From positions 1-50,023 of the forward strand of contig CAZIMA010000001.1 in NCBI GenBank assembly GCA_964540195.1: a stretch of 50,023 nt of DNA, in the 5' to 3' direction. Below are positions 17,817-29,125 of this stretch, piece after piece. Source of the stretch: an uncultured Tissierella sp. Its GTDB lineage: Bacteria; Bacillota; Clostridia; Tissierellales; Tissierellaceae. Below the pieces are notes generated by a model. That model ran no database searches and had not been told where the DNA came from. It saw nothing but the letters and a program-made list of their open reading frames with translations. Position 1 is the stretch's first letter. The number at the start of each line of letters is the position of its first letter. A program made the translations under genes and the position numbers.

Positions 17817-19106
17817 TTGAAAGAGATTTATAACGATAGAATTAAAGAAAAAATATTATATGAGGAGATGGACAGCGGTTTAAAGGTATACTTTATGCCT
17901 AAGCCTGGATTTACAAAAAAATATGCCATGTTCTCAACAAAATACGGATCCATAGACAATGTATTTGTCCCTTTGGGAGAAGATGAGCCCTTGACCGTAC
18001 CTGAAGGAATCGCCCATTTCCTAGAGCACAAGCTATTTGAAGAAGAAGAGGCAAATATATTCGATCAATTTTCTAAGCTTGGAGCCAATGTCAATGCCTA
18101 TACCAACTTTAATCAGACATCCTATCTCTTTTATACTACGGATAACTTCTATGAGAGCTTAGACCTTCTCATAAAATTTGTACAATCTCCTTATCTTACA
18201 GATGAAAATGTAAATAAGGAGAAGGGAATCATAGCCCAAGAGATCAAGATGTACGATGATAACCCTAGGTGGAAGGTTTTCTTCAACTGCCTTAAGGCCA
18301 TGTATATAAACCATCCTGTGAAAATCGATATAGCAGGAACCGTTGAAAGTATCAATACCATTACTAAAGAATTGCTCTATAAGTGCTACGACACCTTCTA
18401 CAATCCTAAAAATATGGTCTTGTTTATAGTAGGAGACCTTTCCTTTGAGGAAATTTTAGATGTGGTTAAGAAGAGTGAGAAAAAGATGGATAAAACAAGC
18501 CATGACCTTAAGAGGATATTCGAAGAAGAGCCAAGGGCCGTGGCTCAAAAGTTAATAGAGGAAGAAATGTCTGTAAACATTCCCCTTTTCTATATTGGAT
18601 TTAAGGATTTTGACCTAGGTCACAGTGGCAAAGAAGCAGTTAAAAAGGATATTATAACCAATATGATTTTGGACTTGTTATTTACTCCAAGTGCTAAATT
18701 CTACAGCGACCTCTATAACGAAGGGATTATAGACCAGACCTTTGGAGCCTATTATACAGGAAAGAAAACCTATGGCCACTCCCTGGTAGTAGGTCAGTCA
18801 AACCAGCCTGAATTGGTAAATAAAAGGGTTTTAGACCTTATCCAAAGACCTGTTGAAGATATTTTAAGTGAAGAGGACTTTATAAGGCTTAAAAAGAAAA
18901 ACCTAGGGTCTTTTATTATGGGATTTAATTCAGAGGAGTTTATTGTAAATAATTTTACTGACTTATACTTCGACGATTTTAACCTATTGGATTATTTAGA
19001 AGTAGCTGAAAGTATAGATTTTAAGGATCTAAAAGAAAGATTCACTACCCACTTCCAACCTGATAATATGGTCCTTTCCATAATTAAGGCATCCAAAGAC
19101 CAGTAA
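17817..19106 (+). CDS. ymfH: M16 family metallopeptidase (YmfH-like)
   Basis: GIAHFLEHKLF (HxxEH), NAYT, KEKGIIAQEIKMY. Confidence 0.9.
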   Translation: MKEIYNDRIKEKILYEEMDSGLKVYFMPKPGFTKKYAMFSTKYGSIDNVFVPLGEDEPLTVPEGIAHFLEHKLFEEEEANIFDQFSKLGANVNAYTNFNQTSYLFYTTDNFYESLDLLIKFVQSPYLTDENVNKEKGIIAQEIKMYDDNPRWKVFFNCLKAMYINHPVKIDIAGTVESINTITKELLYKCYDTFYNPKNMVLFIVGDLSFEEILDVVKKSEKKMDKTSHDLKRIFEEEPRAVAQKLIEEEMSVNIPLFYIGFKDFDLGHSGKEAVKKDIITNMILDLLFTPSAKFYSDLYNEGIIDQTFGAYYTGKKTYGHSLVVGQSNQPELVNKRVLDLIQRPVEDILSEEDFIRLKKKNLGSFIMGFNSEEFIVNNFTDLYFDDFNLLDYLEVAESIDFKDLKERFTTHFQPDNMVLSIIKASKDQ

Positions 19107-19159
19107 ATTATGGTATACTATTTATGTTTTACTATCAGAGTAGAGAGGTGGTTTGATAT

Positions 19160-19897
19160 ATGGATCCAGTAGCATTTACTCTCTTTGGACTTGAAGTCAG
19201 ATGGTATGGTATACTCATTGCCCTTGGGGTAGTCATAGGTACCCTCTTGGCTTTAAGGGAAGGGAAGAGGCGAGGTTTAAACGAGGATACCCTAATAGAT
19301 TTTTTGCTCTTTGCAATACCCGGCGCAATAATAGGTGCAAGAGCATATTATGTTATATTTTCTTGGGACTTCTATAAGGATAATCCGGGTGAAATCCTAA
19401 ACATCCGAGGTGGAGGTCTTGCCATTCATGGAGCAGTAATAGGAGGAATAATAATTGCTATAATTTACTGTAGGGTAAAGAAATTAAATTTCTGGACCCT
19501 GGGGGATATAGTAGCCCCTAGTCTAATCCTAGGACAGGCCATAGGCAGGTGGGGAAACTATGCCAACCAAGAAGCTCATGGAGGGCCAACTGACCTACCC
19601 TGGGGAATTATTATAGATGGAGTCAAGGTTCATCCTACTTTCCTCTATGAATCCCTATGGAACTTACTAGTATTTATCTTCCTAATGTATTATAGAAAGA
19701 GACAAAAGGTGGAGGGAGAGGTCTTCCTCCTATATATAATACTCTATTCTCTGGCTCGTGGACTTATAGAAGGCTTAAGAACAGATAGCCTTATGTGGGG
19801 TGATTTTAGGGTAGCCCAACTAATAAGCCTTGCTACCATAATAGTAGGAATCCTCTTGTTTAGATTTATCCGAAATAAGAATAAAGGGTCTAAGTAA
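19160..19897 (+). CDS. lgt: prolipoprotein diacylglyceryl transferase
   Basis: RWYG, GGLAIHG, GQAIGRWGN, HPTFLYES, EGLRTD. Confidence 0.97.
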   Translation: MDPVAFTLFGLEVRWYGILIALGVVIGTLLALREGKRRGLNEDTLIDFLLFAIPGAIIGARAYYVIFSWDFYKDNPGEILNIRGGGLAIHGAVIGGIIIAIIYCRVKKLNFWTLGDIVAPSLILGQAIGRWGNYANQEAHGGPTDLPWGIIIDGVKVHPTFLYESLWNLLVFIFLMYYRKRQKVEGEVFLLYIILYSLARGLIEGLRTDSLMWGDFRVAQLISLATIIVGILLFRFIRNKNKGSK

Positions 19898-20030
19898 ATA
19901 CAAAACAAGACAAAAACAGAGAAATCTTTCTCTGTTTTTTCATTTTTTGCACAAAGGGTCCTTCTTGGTGTCGGTTTTTACAAAATAGGACTAAGGTCCT
20001 AAAATATATGAATGATTTTTCAAATATGTA

Positions 20031-20057
20031 GAAGGATTTAAGGAAATGGTATAGAAT
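20031..20057 (+). promoter_or_regulatory. putative SigH promoter of the dcw cluster
   Basis: GAAGGATTT...GAAT, i.e. AGGA-N17-GAAT. Confidence 0.55.
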
Positions 20058-20066
20058 ATAGTTATT

Positions 20067-20090
20067 GTGGTACAAAGTGGGGAGAAGTGG
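20067..20090 (+). promoter_or_regulatory. MraZ-binding repeats (dcw boxes)
   Basis: GTGG-N6-GTGG-N6-GTGG directly upstream of mraZ. Confidence 0.85.
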
Positions 20091-20119
20091 TAGGATTCTA
20101 GAAAAAGGTGGAGTCTTAT

Positions 20120-20551
20120 ATGTTTATTGGGGAACATCAACATTCTTTAGATGACAAGGGAAGGATTATAATACCATCAAAATTTAGGGATGGTTTAGGA
20201 CCTGAATTCGTTATGACCAAGGGTCTAGATAGGTGCCTATTTGTCTATCCTAAGAGTGAATGGTCCATTATAGAGGAAAAACTAAAAGCCCTACCACTTA
20301 CCAACAGAGATGCCCGAGCCTTTATAAGATTTTTCTTTTCGGGAGCTTGTGAATGTGTCTTGGACAAACAAGGCCGAGTTTTGATTCCCCCCAATTTAAG
20401 AGACCATTCTAAATTGGAAAAGGATGCAGTAATCATAGGGGTTTCCACAAGAATAGAGATTTGGAGCAAGGAAGAATGGACCACTTATACAGAAGATGAC
20501 AATCTAAGTTATGATGCCATAGCAGAAAAGATGGTTGAACTTGGAATTTAG
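20120..20551 (+). CDS. mraZ: division/cell wall cluster transcriptional repressor MraZ
   Basis: [30 protein letters not shown]. Confidence 0.97.
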   Translation: MFIGEHQHSLDDKGRIIIPSKFRDGLGPEFVMTKGLDRCLFVYPKSEWSIIEEKLKALPLTNRDARAFIRFFFSGACECVLDKQGRVLIPPNLRDHSKLEKDAVIIGVSTRIEIWSKEEWTTYTEDDNLSYDAIAEKMVELGI

Positions 20552-20565
20552 ATGGAGGCGAAAAC

Positions 20566-21498
20566 ATGGAGTTTCATCACGTATCGGTACTCTTAAATGA
20601 GGTAATAGAAGGACTAAATATAAAGGAAGATGGTATTTACGTGGATGGAACCTTGGGTGGGGCAGGCCATTCACTGGAAATAGTAAAAAGATTAAAAGAT
20701 GGTAAGCTGGTGGGAATAGACCAGGATACCAATGCACTAAATAAAGCAAGCCAAGTATTGGAAGGGTATAAGGATAAAACTCATCTTGTACACTCCAATT
20801 ATGAAAATATAGATAAGGTACTAGAGGAATTAGGAATAGAAGCTGTTGACGGCATATTATTGGATTTAGGGGTTTCCTCCCACCAATTAGATGAGGAGTC
20901 CAGGGGGTTTTCCCATAATAAGGATGCTCCGCTGGATATGAGGATGGATAGGAGTTTAGAATTCTCTGCTTGGGACCTTGTAAACAAGTATTCCAAAGAG
21001 GAACTGGAAAAAATCATCTGGGACTATGGAGAGGATAGGTGGGCTAAGAGGATAGCTGAATTCATAGTGGAGGAAAGAAAAGAAAAACCCATAGATACGA
21101 CTTTAGAGCTAGTAAGCGTAATAAAAAAAGCCATACCCAAGGCGGTGAGAATGGAAGGACACCATCCTGCTAAGAAGACTTTCCAAGCCATAAGAATAGA
21201 AGTAAATAGGGAGCTGGATGTCTTAAAGAAGTCCATAAAAACCATGGTAGATGTCCTAAAGCCGGGAGGGAGACTTGCAATAATAACCTTTCATTCCCTT
21301 GAGGATAGAATCGTCAAGGAAGCCTTTAAGGAATTATTTAAGGACTGTATATGTCCGCCGGAGTATCCACAATGCATATGTGACAAGAAGAGGGAGATAA
21401 AAATCATCACCAGAAAACCAATAGGTCCAAGTTCCCAGGAGCTGGAATTAAATCCAAGATCGCGGTCTGCAAAACTTCGAATTGCAGAAAAACTTTAG
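20566..21498 (+). CDS. rsmH: 16S rRNA (C1402-N4)-methyltransferase RsmH
   Basis: [47 protein letters not shown]. Confidence 0.97.
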   Translation: MEFHHVSVLLNEVIEGLNIKEDGIYVDGTLGGAGHSLEIVKRLKDGKLVGIDQDTNALNKASQVLEGYKDKTHLVHSNYENIDKVLEELGIEAVDGILLDLGVSSHQLDEESRGFSHNKDAPLDMRMDRSLEFSAWDLVNKYSKEELEKIIWDYGEDRWAKRIAEFIVEERKEKPIDTTLELVSVIKKAIPKAVRMEGHHPAKKTFQAIRIEVNRELDVLKKSIKTMVDVLKPGGRLAIITFHSLEDRIVKEAFKELFKDCICPPEYPQCICDKKREIKIITRKPIGPSSQELELNPRSRSAKLRIAEKL

Positions 21499-21525
21499 GT
21501 ATAAAAGTTTAAGGGGGAGAATAAG

Positions 21526-21942
21526 TTGTTAGTAGCCAAAGCTGAATATAGTTATTATCCTGAACCAATAAAACAACCGAAAATAGAGAAGCAAATAAAG
21601 GTAAAGAAGAAGGCTATAAACAAAAGGATGTATTTTGCCATTGCAATAATATCATTTATTACATGTTTGTTTATTCTATCCGGTTATGCTAAAATAACAG
21701 AGGCTAGATTGGAGATAACTAGATTGGAAAAGGAAGTAGTAGAGCTGAAGAAGACAAAAGCCAATCTGGAAGGGGATTTAGAGACTTACAAGAGTACTAC
21801 TAAAATCAGTGAAGAAGCTATAAACAGCCTTGGTATGATTTATCCGGAAGAAGGTCAGCTGGTATATGTTTCAGTTGAGGATAGGGACACAGAAGTTGCC
21901 AAAGGTGGCCTTGCTGATATTATTAAAGGAGTATTCAAGTAA
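21526..21942 (+). CDS. ftsL: cell division protein FtsL-like
   Basis: Single TM plus coiled coil and LGMIYP; lies between rsmH and a PBP gene. Confidence 0.75.
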   Translation: MLVAKAEYSYYPEPIKQPKIEKQIKVKKKAINKRMYFAIAIISFITCLFILSGYAKITEARLEITRLEKEVVELKKTKANLEGDLETYKSTTKISEEAINSLGMIYPEEGQLVYVSVEDRDTEVAKGGLADIIKGVFK

Positions 21943-21966
21943 GTCCTGCTTAAGGGGGGTTGAGGT

Positions 21967-24123
21967 TTGCAGACACCTAATAAAACTACAAAGAAGAGAT
22001 TGAGAGTTGTTCTGGGAATAGTAGTAAGTGTGGTGCTTTTCCTAGGGGGGAGGTTGTTTTCCCTACAAATATTCAAAAACGAAGAATTAAAGAAGGGTGC
22101 CTTAGAGCAATGGACCAAGGGAATAGATATTAAATCCAACAGGGGAATAATATATGACAGGAAGGGCAAGAAGCTTGCAGTTAGTGTAACTGCCTATACA
22201 GTGTGGGCAACACCGGCTGATATCAAGGAGGCAGAAGAAGTTGCACAAACTATTGCCGATGTACTTAAAATTGATAAGGAAGAGGTCCTCGCTAAGATAA
22301 CAAAACAAAGCAGGACTGAAAAGATAAAGCAATGGATAACAAGGGACGAAGCCCTTGAATTGAGAAAGCTAAACATCAGAGGCATTACAGTAGTTGATGA
22401 TAGCAAAAGATATTATCCATATGGAAACTTTGCCTCCTATATCCTAGGTTTTACTGATATAGATAACAATGGCCTATATGGAGTAGAGAGGACTTATGAT
22501 AAGTATCTTGCAGGAGTTCCGGGCAAGTGGGTTAAAACTACAGATGCTGCCAATAGGCAGATGCCATATGATGGTGAGAAGATCTATGACTCTAAAGACG
22601 GATTATCAGTAGTATTGACTATAGATGAAACCATACAGCACTTTGCTGAAAAAGCAGCTAGCCAAGCCTTATTAGACAATAAGGCTAAAAATGTTTCTAT
22701 AATAATTATGGACCCCTTTACAGGGGATATACTGGCCATGGCAAATAAGCCGGATTATAATCCCAATGAGCCAAGACAGCCTGTAGATGAAAGTTTAAAA
22801 GCCCAGTGGGCAAATCTCTCAAGTGAAGACCTTCAATCAAAATGGTTCGATATGTGGAGAAACTTTGCTATAAATGATATATATGAGCCGGGGTCTACTT
22901 TTAAAATAGTCACTGCAGCAGCAGCTCTTGAGGAGAATAGTGCCAACTTAAATACCCATTACTTCTGTGATGGATTTGTAAGGGATATTAAGGGAGTGGT
23001 TTTAAAGTGTGATAGTTGGTATGACCCTCATGGTGACCAGGATTTTAAAGAAGCCTTTAGTAACTCCTGTAACGTAGCCTTCGTAAATATGGGTAGACAG
23101 GTGGGCAAGGAAAAGATGCTTGAATATATTAAGGCCTTTGGTTTTGGTGAAAATACAGGCATTGATTTATTAGGGGAATCACCTGGAATAATCCCATCCA
23201 GTCCCGACGTTATAAAAGAAGTTAACCTTGCAACCCTTTCCTATGGACATGGAATAGCTGTGAGTCCAATTCAAATGGTAAATTCTTTTTCAACCCTTGC
23301 CAACGGTGGTAACCTAATGAAGCCAAGGCTGGTTAAAGAGCTAATAGACCATGAAGGAAATGTAGTGGAAAGCTTCCCTACAGAAGTTAAGAGAAAGGTT
23401 TTATCCGATAAAACCGCAAAGACTATGTTGGACCTACTGGGAGGAGTAGTAGAAGACGGTACAGGTAGACGTGCATATGTTCCGGGTTTTAGAGTAGGGG
23501 GTAAGACGGGTACAGCCATGAAGATTATCGATGGCAGATATGTAGACGGAAAGTATATCTCCTCCTTCGGAGTTGTGGCCCCTGTAGATGATCCAAAGAT
23601 TGCAGCCCTTATCATAATAGATGAGCCTCAAGGCGTATACTATGGAAGTAAAATAGGAGGGCCTGTAGCCAATAAAGTAGTAGAGGATACCTTAAACTAC
23701 TTGGAGGTAGAAAGGGTATTTACGGAGGAAGAATTAAAATCCATAGATGAGAAAGTGGTAATACCTGATTTAAGGAATAAGAAAATAGGTGAAGCAGGAA
23801 AGACCTTGACTGACTTGGGCTTAAAATATACAACTGAATATCTGGAAATAACTACAGAATCTATTATAAAGGATCAGTTCCCAATGCCGGGTACAGAGGT
23901 TATTAAGGGTTCCATAGTAGACCTATATCTGAACTTGAAACCTAAGACCATCATAATGCCTGACCTCATTGGGAAAACTAAGGAAGAGGTCATAATTGCT
24001 CTAGATGAATATAATATTTCGTACACATTAAATGGCTCTGGAAATGCAATCAGTCAAACTCCGGCACCAGGTGAAGAAATAAGTGGAGAGATTGGTATAG
24101 TTGTTGATTTTTCAGACTCTTAA
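21967..24123 (+). CDS. spoVD: class B PBP SpoVD/FtsI with C-terminal PASTA domains
   Basis: RGIIYDRKG, YEPGSTFK, SCN, KTGTA; PASTA repeats. Confidence 0.88.
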   Translation: MQTPNKTTKKRLRVVLGIVVSVVLFLGGRLFSLQIFKNEELKKGALEQWTKGIDIKSNRGIIYDRKGKKLAVSVTAYTVWATPADIKEAEEVAQTIADVLKIDKEEVLAKITKQSRTEKIKQWITRDEALELRKLNIRGITVVDDSKRYYPYGNFASYILGFTDIDNNGLYGVERTYDKYLAGVPGKWVKTTDAANRQMPYDGEKIYDSKDGLSVVLTIDETIQHFAEKAASQALLDNKAKNVSIIIMDPFTGDILAMANKPDYNPNEPRQPVDESLKAQWANLSSEDLQSKWFDMWRNFAINDIYEPGSTFKIVTAAAALEENSANLNTHYFCDGFVRDIKGVVLKCDSWYDPHGDQDFKEAFSNSCNVAFVNMGRQVGKEKMLEYIKAFGFGENTGIDLLGESPGIIPSSPDVIKEVNLATLSYGHGIAVSPIQMVNSFSTLANGGNLMKPRLVKELIDHEGNVVESFPTEVKRKVLSDKTAKTMLDLLGGVVEDGTGRRAYVPGFRVGGKTGTAMKIIDGRYVDGKYISSFGVVAPVDDPKIAALIIIDEPQGVYYGSKIGGPVANKVVEDTLNYLEVERVFTEEELKSIDEKVVIPDLRNKKIGEAGKTLTDLGLKYTTEYLEITTESIIKDQFPMPGTEVIKGSIVDLYLNLKPKTIIMPDLIGKTKEEVIIALDEYNISYTLNGSGNAISQTPAPGEEISGEIGIVVDFSDS

Positions 24124-24149
24124 TAAAGGCGACTTTTAAGTTGCCTTTA
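24124..24149 (+). terminator. stem-loop after spoVD
   Basis: TAAAGGCGACTT-TT-AAGTTGCCTTTA. Confidence 0.6.
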
Positions 24150-24172
24150 ATTAATGTGCTAGGAGGTATATT

Positions 24173-25618
24173 ATGAATCTTAGGGAACTTATAGGAAGCT
24201 ATAAGACATTGAAAATTGAAGGCAGCCTGGATTTGGATATATTAGGGATCCAGCACGATTCAAGATTAGTAGATAAGGGTTACCTCTTTATTGCAAAGAA
24301 GGGTTTTAGAGAGGATGGTCATAAATATATTCAAGAGGCCATAGACAGAGGAGCCATAGGGATTGTACTAAGCCATGAAGAAAGTCCATCAAAGGATGTA
24401 ACCAGTATCCGGGTTGAGGATACAGATGATGCTACAGGATATTTAGCCAGCAGATTTTACGACTATCCTCAAAATAAGCTAGACCTTATTGGAATCACAG
24501 GAACCAACGGAAAGACCTCCACATCTTACTTTATAAGGAGCATCTTGGAAAATTCCAATATCAAGACAGGGCTAGTAGGGACTACGGGGGCCCTTATGGA
24601 TGAAAAGGTCTTGGATTTAAACAATACCACCCCTGAGCCCTTAGAGCTGATAAGAAGCCTTAAGTCTATGGTAGATAATAAGATGACGGCCTGTGTCATG
24701 GAGGTATCTTCTCATGCACTTGACCTTAACCGAGTAGAATATTTAGATTATCAAATAGGCATATTTACAAACCTAACTAAGGACCATTTAGATTACCACA
24801 AGACCATGGAGGAATACTTTAAGGCCAAGAAAAAATTATTTTATAAGACTAGGGCCTACAATATCATCAATATAGATGATGAATATGGAAGGCAATTGAT
24901 AAATTCTATTCCGGGAGAGATAATTTCCTTTGGAATAGAAAATATTGCAGATATATTTGCCAGTGAAATAACATATTCTATTGATAAAGTAAAATTTAAA
25001 TTAAATTACAAAAAAACTGATATTGAAATTAACCTGAATGTACCGGGACGCTTTAGTATCTATAATGCTTTGGCAGCTGCTGCTTGTGCTATTGCATTGA
25101 ATATAGAATTGGATATAATAAAGAAAGGCCTTGAATCCATACAAGGGGTTGAAGGAAGATTTGAAGTTGTCCCTACAAACAAGGATTATACAGTAATCAT
25201 AGACTTTGCCCATACTGCAGATGGTTTGGAGAATGTACTGACTATATTGGACCAATTTGCAGAAGGCAGAAAGATAGTGGTCTTTGGAGCAGGAGGAAAC
25301 AGGGATAGGACTAAAAGACCTGAGATGGGAGAAGTGGTTGGCAATCATGCAGACTTTGCCCTTGTAACCTCTGACAATCCAAGGCTGGAAGATCCTAAGG
25401 GGATAATTGAAGACATATTGGTAGGAATAAAAAGAACCACCATAGACTATAAGACCATAGAGGACAGAAAAGAGGCAATCGAGTATGCCCTTTCTATAGC
25501 CCGGCCAAAGGACATTATATTACTGGCAGGCAAAGGACATGAAAGATATATATTAAAAGATAATAAAAAATATCCCTTTGATGAAAGGAAAATCGTCTTA
25601 GACTATTTAAGGGGATAA
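24173..25618 (+). CDS. murE: UDP-MurNAc-dipeptide--diamino acid ligase MurE (DNPR motif, DAP type)
   Basis: GITGTNGKTST, MEVSSH, NLTKDHLDYH, TSDNPR, AGKGHE. Confidence 0.95.
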   Translation: MNLRELIGSYKTLKIEGSLDLDILGIQHDSRLVDKGYLFIAKKGFREDGHKYIQEAIDRGAIGIVLSHEESPSKDVTSIRVEDTDDATGYLASRFYDYPQNKLDLIGITGTNGKTSTSYFIRSILENSNIKTGLVGTTGALMDEKVLDLNNTTPEPLELIRSLKSMVDNKMTACVMEVSSHALDLNRVEYLDYQIGIFTNLTKDHLDYHKTMEEYFKAKKKLFYKTRAYNIINIDDEYGRQLINSIPGEIISFGIENIADIFASEITYSIDKVKFKLNYKKTDIEINLNVPGRFSIYNALAAAACAIALNIELDIIKKGLESIQGVEGRFEVVPTNKDYTVIIDFAHTADGLENVLTILDQFAEGRKIVVFGAGGNRDRTKRPEMGEVVGNHADFALVTSDNPRLEDPKGIIEDILVGIKRTTIDYKTIEDRKEAIEYALSIARPKDIILLAGKGHERYILKDNKKYPFDERKIVLDYLRG

Positions 25619-25640
25619 AGCACTTGAGAGGAGAAGTTAC

Positions 25641-26615
25641 ATGGATTATTTTCACATACTAGGAGCAATTGCTATTTCATTTATAATAAGTCTCATTTTG
25701 GGACCTTTGATAATACCCTTGCTCAAAAGATTAAAAATAGGACAGAGCATAAGAGAGGATGGGCCTCAATCCCATCTTTCTAAATCAGGGACCCCAACTA
25801 TGGGAGGAATTATAATATTTGCATCCCTATTGATTACAGTTATCACTTCGGGACAGAAAATCTTGACAAATGATGTAATTCTCCTTACCCTTACTACTTT
25901 AGGATTTGGATTAATTGGATTTATAGATGACTATATTAAAATAGTAAAGCGAAGAAATTTAGGCTTAAGGGCCTATCAGAAGTTTTTAGCTCAAGTTCTT
26001 CTAGCTGTAGTCTTAGCAGTATATCAGTCTAGAACTTCGGCCTTTGAAACTAAAATAATAGTTCCCTTCCTTAAGGATGTATACTTGGACCTAGGCAGCC
26101 TTTATATACCCTTCATAGTATTTGTAGTAGTGGGAACAGTAAACAGTGTAAACCTTACAGATGGCCTTGATGGTCTTGCATCAGGTGTATCTATAATAGT
26201 CTTGGCCTTCTTTAGCCTAGTGGGTATAAGCTGGGGTATGGAAACCCTTCCGGTAGCAGTGTTTTCATCTGCTTTAGCCGGAGCTTGTTTAGGGTTTTTA
26301 ATCCACAATGCACACCCTGCCAAGGTCTTTATGGGGGATACGGGCTCTTTGGGTTTAGGTGGGGCTATTGCAGGAATTGCTATATTGATGAAACTTCCCC
26401 TATTGCTTCCCATAGTCGGAGGAATCTTCTTTGTAGAAACCCTATCCGTAATAATCCAAGTGGCATCTTTTAAGCTTACAGGCAAAAGGGTCTTTTTAAT
26501 GAGCCCCCTCCACCACCATTTTGAGCACAAGGGCTGGAAGGAGACCAAAGTCGTTGGAGTATTTTGGTCAGTAACCGTAGTACTTTGCATTATAGGAATT
26601 TTAAGTCTCATCTAG
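25641..26615 (+). CDS. mraY: phospho-N-acetylmuramoyl-pentapeptide transferase
   Basis: KSGTPTMGG, DDY, NLTDGLDGL, FMGDTGS, PLHHHFE. Confidence 0.97.
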   Translation: MDYFHILGAIAISFIISLILGPLIIPLLKRLKIGQSIREDGPQSHLSKSGTPTMGGIIIFASLLITVITSGQKILTNDVILLTLTTLGFGLIGFIDDYIKIVKRRNLGLRAYQKFLAQVLLAVVLAVYQSRTSAFETKIIVPFLKDVYLDLGSLYIPFIVFVVVGTVNSVNLTDGLDGLASGVSIIVLAFFSLVGISWGMETLPVAVFSSALAGACLGFLIHNAHPAKVFMGDTGSLGLGGAIAGIAILMKLPLLLPIVGGIFFVETLSVIIQVASFKLTGKRVFLMSPLHHHFEHKGWKETKVVGVFWSVTVVLCIIGILSLI

Positions 26616-26632
26616 CAAAGGAAAGTGATTAT

Positions 26633-27988
26633 ATGTATTTAAAAAATAAAAATATCCTTATTCTAGGCTTGGGTATTACAGGTATATCTGCTATAAAGGC
26701 TGTCCATAAAGAGGGAGGCCATATAATAGTAGCAGATTCCAAAGATAAAGAAGATTTAAAGGATATACTAAAAAAAATAGAAGGTCTACCTATAGACTTC
26801 CATCTGGGAGTTAGGGACATGGACCTTTCAAATATAGACCTAGTGATAAAAAGTCCCGGTATCCCTCCCTTTGCCCCCCTTGTAAAGAGGGCTATAGAAA
26901 ACAACATTGAAGTGGTAACGGATATAGAACTGGCCTATAGGCTATCCAAATGGAAAAACTTTATAGGGATAACCGGAACCAACGGAAAGACCACCTGTAC
27001 AACTTTAGTAGGGGAAATATTTAATAAGGCCGGATTTAATACCCATGTAGTAGGAAATATAGGTACGGGAATCCTTGAAAAAATCGTAGTGGAGGAAAAA
27101 GAAGATATATTCGTAATCGAATGCAGCAGTTTTCAATTAGACCATATTAGTACATTTAAACCAAGAGTTAGCCTTATTACAAATATAAGCCCGGACCACT
27201 TAGACTGGCATGGTAGCTTAGACAACTACATAAGGGCCAAATTAAATATTTTCAAAAACCAAGATAGGGATGATTGCGTGGTCCTAAACTGGGATGATCC
27301 AATATTGAGGAAGTTAAATCTTAAGAAGCCTAATATAGTCTACTTTAGCATCAGGGAAGAGCTTTCCAAGGGAATATTTATTAAGGATGCTTATATAGTA
27401 ATAAATGATGGGAAAAATATAAGAAGCTTAATGCCTTGTTCAGACCTTAAGATCCTTGGAAAACATAATCTTGAAAATGCCCTGGCTTGTATTGGAATAG
27501 CCCTAGCTTTGGGTATAGAATATGAAATCCTCAAGGAAGTCCTATCCTCCTTTAGGGGAGTGGAGCATAGGATTGAATATGTGGCTGAAAAAAATGGGAT
27601 AAGATTTTATAACGATTCCAAGGGAACCAATTGTGATGCCAGCATTAAAGCCATAGAAGCCGTGGACTCCCCAATTATTTTAATCGCCGGAGGCTACGAT
27701 AAGGGGTCTGAATATGATGAATTTATAAGGTCCTTTAAGGGCAAAGTCAAGACCATGGTATTACTGGGGCAGACTAAAGAGAAGTTGAAAAGGGCAGCTT
27801 TAGATAATGGATTTAACAGGGTAGAAGAGGTTGAATCCATGAAAGAAGCAGTTGAGCTATCCTATAAGCTAGGTGAAAAAGGGGATAATGTACTCCTTTC
27901 TCCCGCATGTGCCAGTTGGGATATGTACCCTTCTTATGAGAAGAGGGGTAATGACTTTAAGGATGCAGTCAGGAATTTAATGGAGTGA
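26633..27988 (+). CDS. murD: UDP-MurNAc-L-Ala--D-glutamate ligase
   Basis: SPGIP, GITGTNGKTT, ECSSFQL, NDSKGTN, SPACASWD; start moved to ATG 26633. Confidence 0.96.
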   Translation: MYLKNKNILILGLGITGISAIKAVHKEGGHIIVADSKDKEDLKDILKKIEGLPIDFHLGVRDMDLSNIDLVIKSPGIPPFAPLVKRAIENNIEVVTDIELAYRLSKWKNFIGITGTNGKTTCTTLVGEIFNKAGFNTHVVGNIGTGILEKIVVEEKEDIFVIECSSFQLDHISTFKPRVSLITNISPDHLDWHGSLDNYIRAKLNIFKNQDRDDCVVLNWDDPILRKLNLKKPNIVYFSIREELSKGIFIKDAYIVINDGKNIRSLMPCSDLKILGKHNLENALACIGIALALGIEYEILKEVLSSFRGVEHRIEYVAEKNGIRFYNDSKGTNCDASIKAIEAVDSPIILIAGGYDKGSEYDEFIRSFKGKVKTMVLLGQTKEKLKRAALDNGFNRVEEVESMKEAVELSYKLGEKGDNVLLSPACASWDMYPSYEKRGNDFKDAVRNLME

Positions 27989-27992
27989 TAAA

Positions 27993-29120
27993 ATGGAAAG
28001 AAAAAAGAGGGTAGTAAAGAAGAAGTCCGTTGACTTCATACTCTTAATAGCCATAGTAGCCTTGGTATTTATAGGGGTAATTATGGTCTTTAGCGCAAGT
28101 TGGCCTAAAGCCATGGTAGACTTTAAAGACGGCTATCATTTCTTTAGAAAACAACTCGTTTCAGCTACTATTGGATTTGTCGGTATGATAGTTATGATGA
28201 ACATCAATTACCGATATTTTAAAAAATGGGCACTACCTATATATTTACTTTCCCTACTATCCGGAATACTGCTTTTTACACCTTTGGGAGTTGAATTAAA
28301 GGAGGCAACCAGATGGATAAATCTTGGCTTTACAACCTTTATGCCCTCGGATGCCATTAAGTTTGGGTCTTTAATCTTCTTCGCCAATTTCTTGTCCAAT
28401 AAGAAGGATAAAATACGTACTTTTACCCAGGGTACAATACCGGCCCTAGGGATCATAGGCCTATCTTGCTTATTTATCTACCTCCAACCTGACCTGGGAA
28501 CTACATTGACCCTTGCCGGAGCACTTATGGGCATGTTCTTTGTAGCCGGCATGAAGTTAAGCCATATGGTGTTTTTAGGAGCCGGAGCAGGTGCCTTCCT
28601 GGTCTATGCTATTGCAGGTGAAGGAAACGAATATAGGATGGATAGGTGGACCACCTTCTTAGACCCCTTTGCAGATAAGCTGGGGAAAGGTTGGCAGGTA
28701 GTTCAATCCCTGTATGCCCTTGGTTCAGGTGGCCTATTTGGCCTGGGCCTAGGTAAAAGTAGACAGAAGTTCTTTTATATACCCGAAGCTTATAATGACT
28801 TTATCTTCTCAATAATAGGAGAGGAATTAGGACTCTTTGGTACCTTATTAGTATTATTCTTATTTTTGGTAGTTATATGGAGGGGGATTATCATAGCCCT
28901 GAAGACAGAAGACCTTTTCGGGTGTTTTTTAGCCTCCGGAATCACAGCCCTAATTACGGTTCAAGCCCTAATCAACATAGCCGTAGTGACTTCAACCCTA
29001 CCTACAACGGGTATAACCCTGCCATTCATCAGCTACGGAGGTACATCATTACTATTTTATATGTCTGGCATAGGAATTCTATTAAACATATCAAGATATG
29101 CAAAATTGGATAGGAGTTGA
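27993..29120 (+). CDS. ftsW: SEDS family peptidoglycan polymerase FtsW/SpoVE
   Basis: RWI, QPDLG, GSGGLFGLGLGKSRQK, IIGEELG, LPFISYGGTS. Confidence 0.9.
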   Translation: MERKKRVVKKKSVDFILLIAIVALVFIGVIMVFSASWPKAMVDFKDGYHFFRKQLVSATIGFVGMIVMMNINYRYFKKWALPIYLLSLLSGILLFTPLGVELKEATRWINLGFTTFMPSDAIKFGSLIFFANFLSNKKDKIRTFTQGTIPALGIIGLSCLFIYLQPDLGTTLTLAGALMGMFFVAGMKLSHMVFLGAGAGAFLVYAIAGEGNEYRMDRWTTFLDPFADKLGKGWQVVQSLYALGSGGLFGLGLGKSRQKFFYIPEAYNDFIFSIIGEELGLFGTLLVLFLFLVVIWRGIIIALKTEDLFGCFLASGITALITVQALINIAVVTSTLPTTGITLPFISYGGTSLLFYMSGIGILLNISRYAKLDRS

Positions 29121-29125
29121 TTATA

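Noticed and set aside
19949-19972. Possible degenerate REP copy GCACAAAGGGTCCTTCTTGGTGTC
   Set aside because: Too diverged to distinguish from chance
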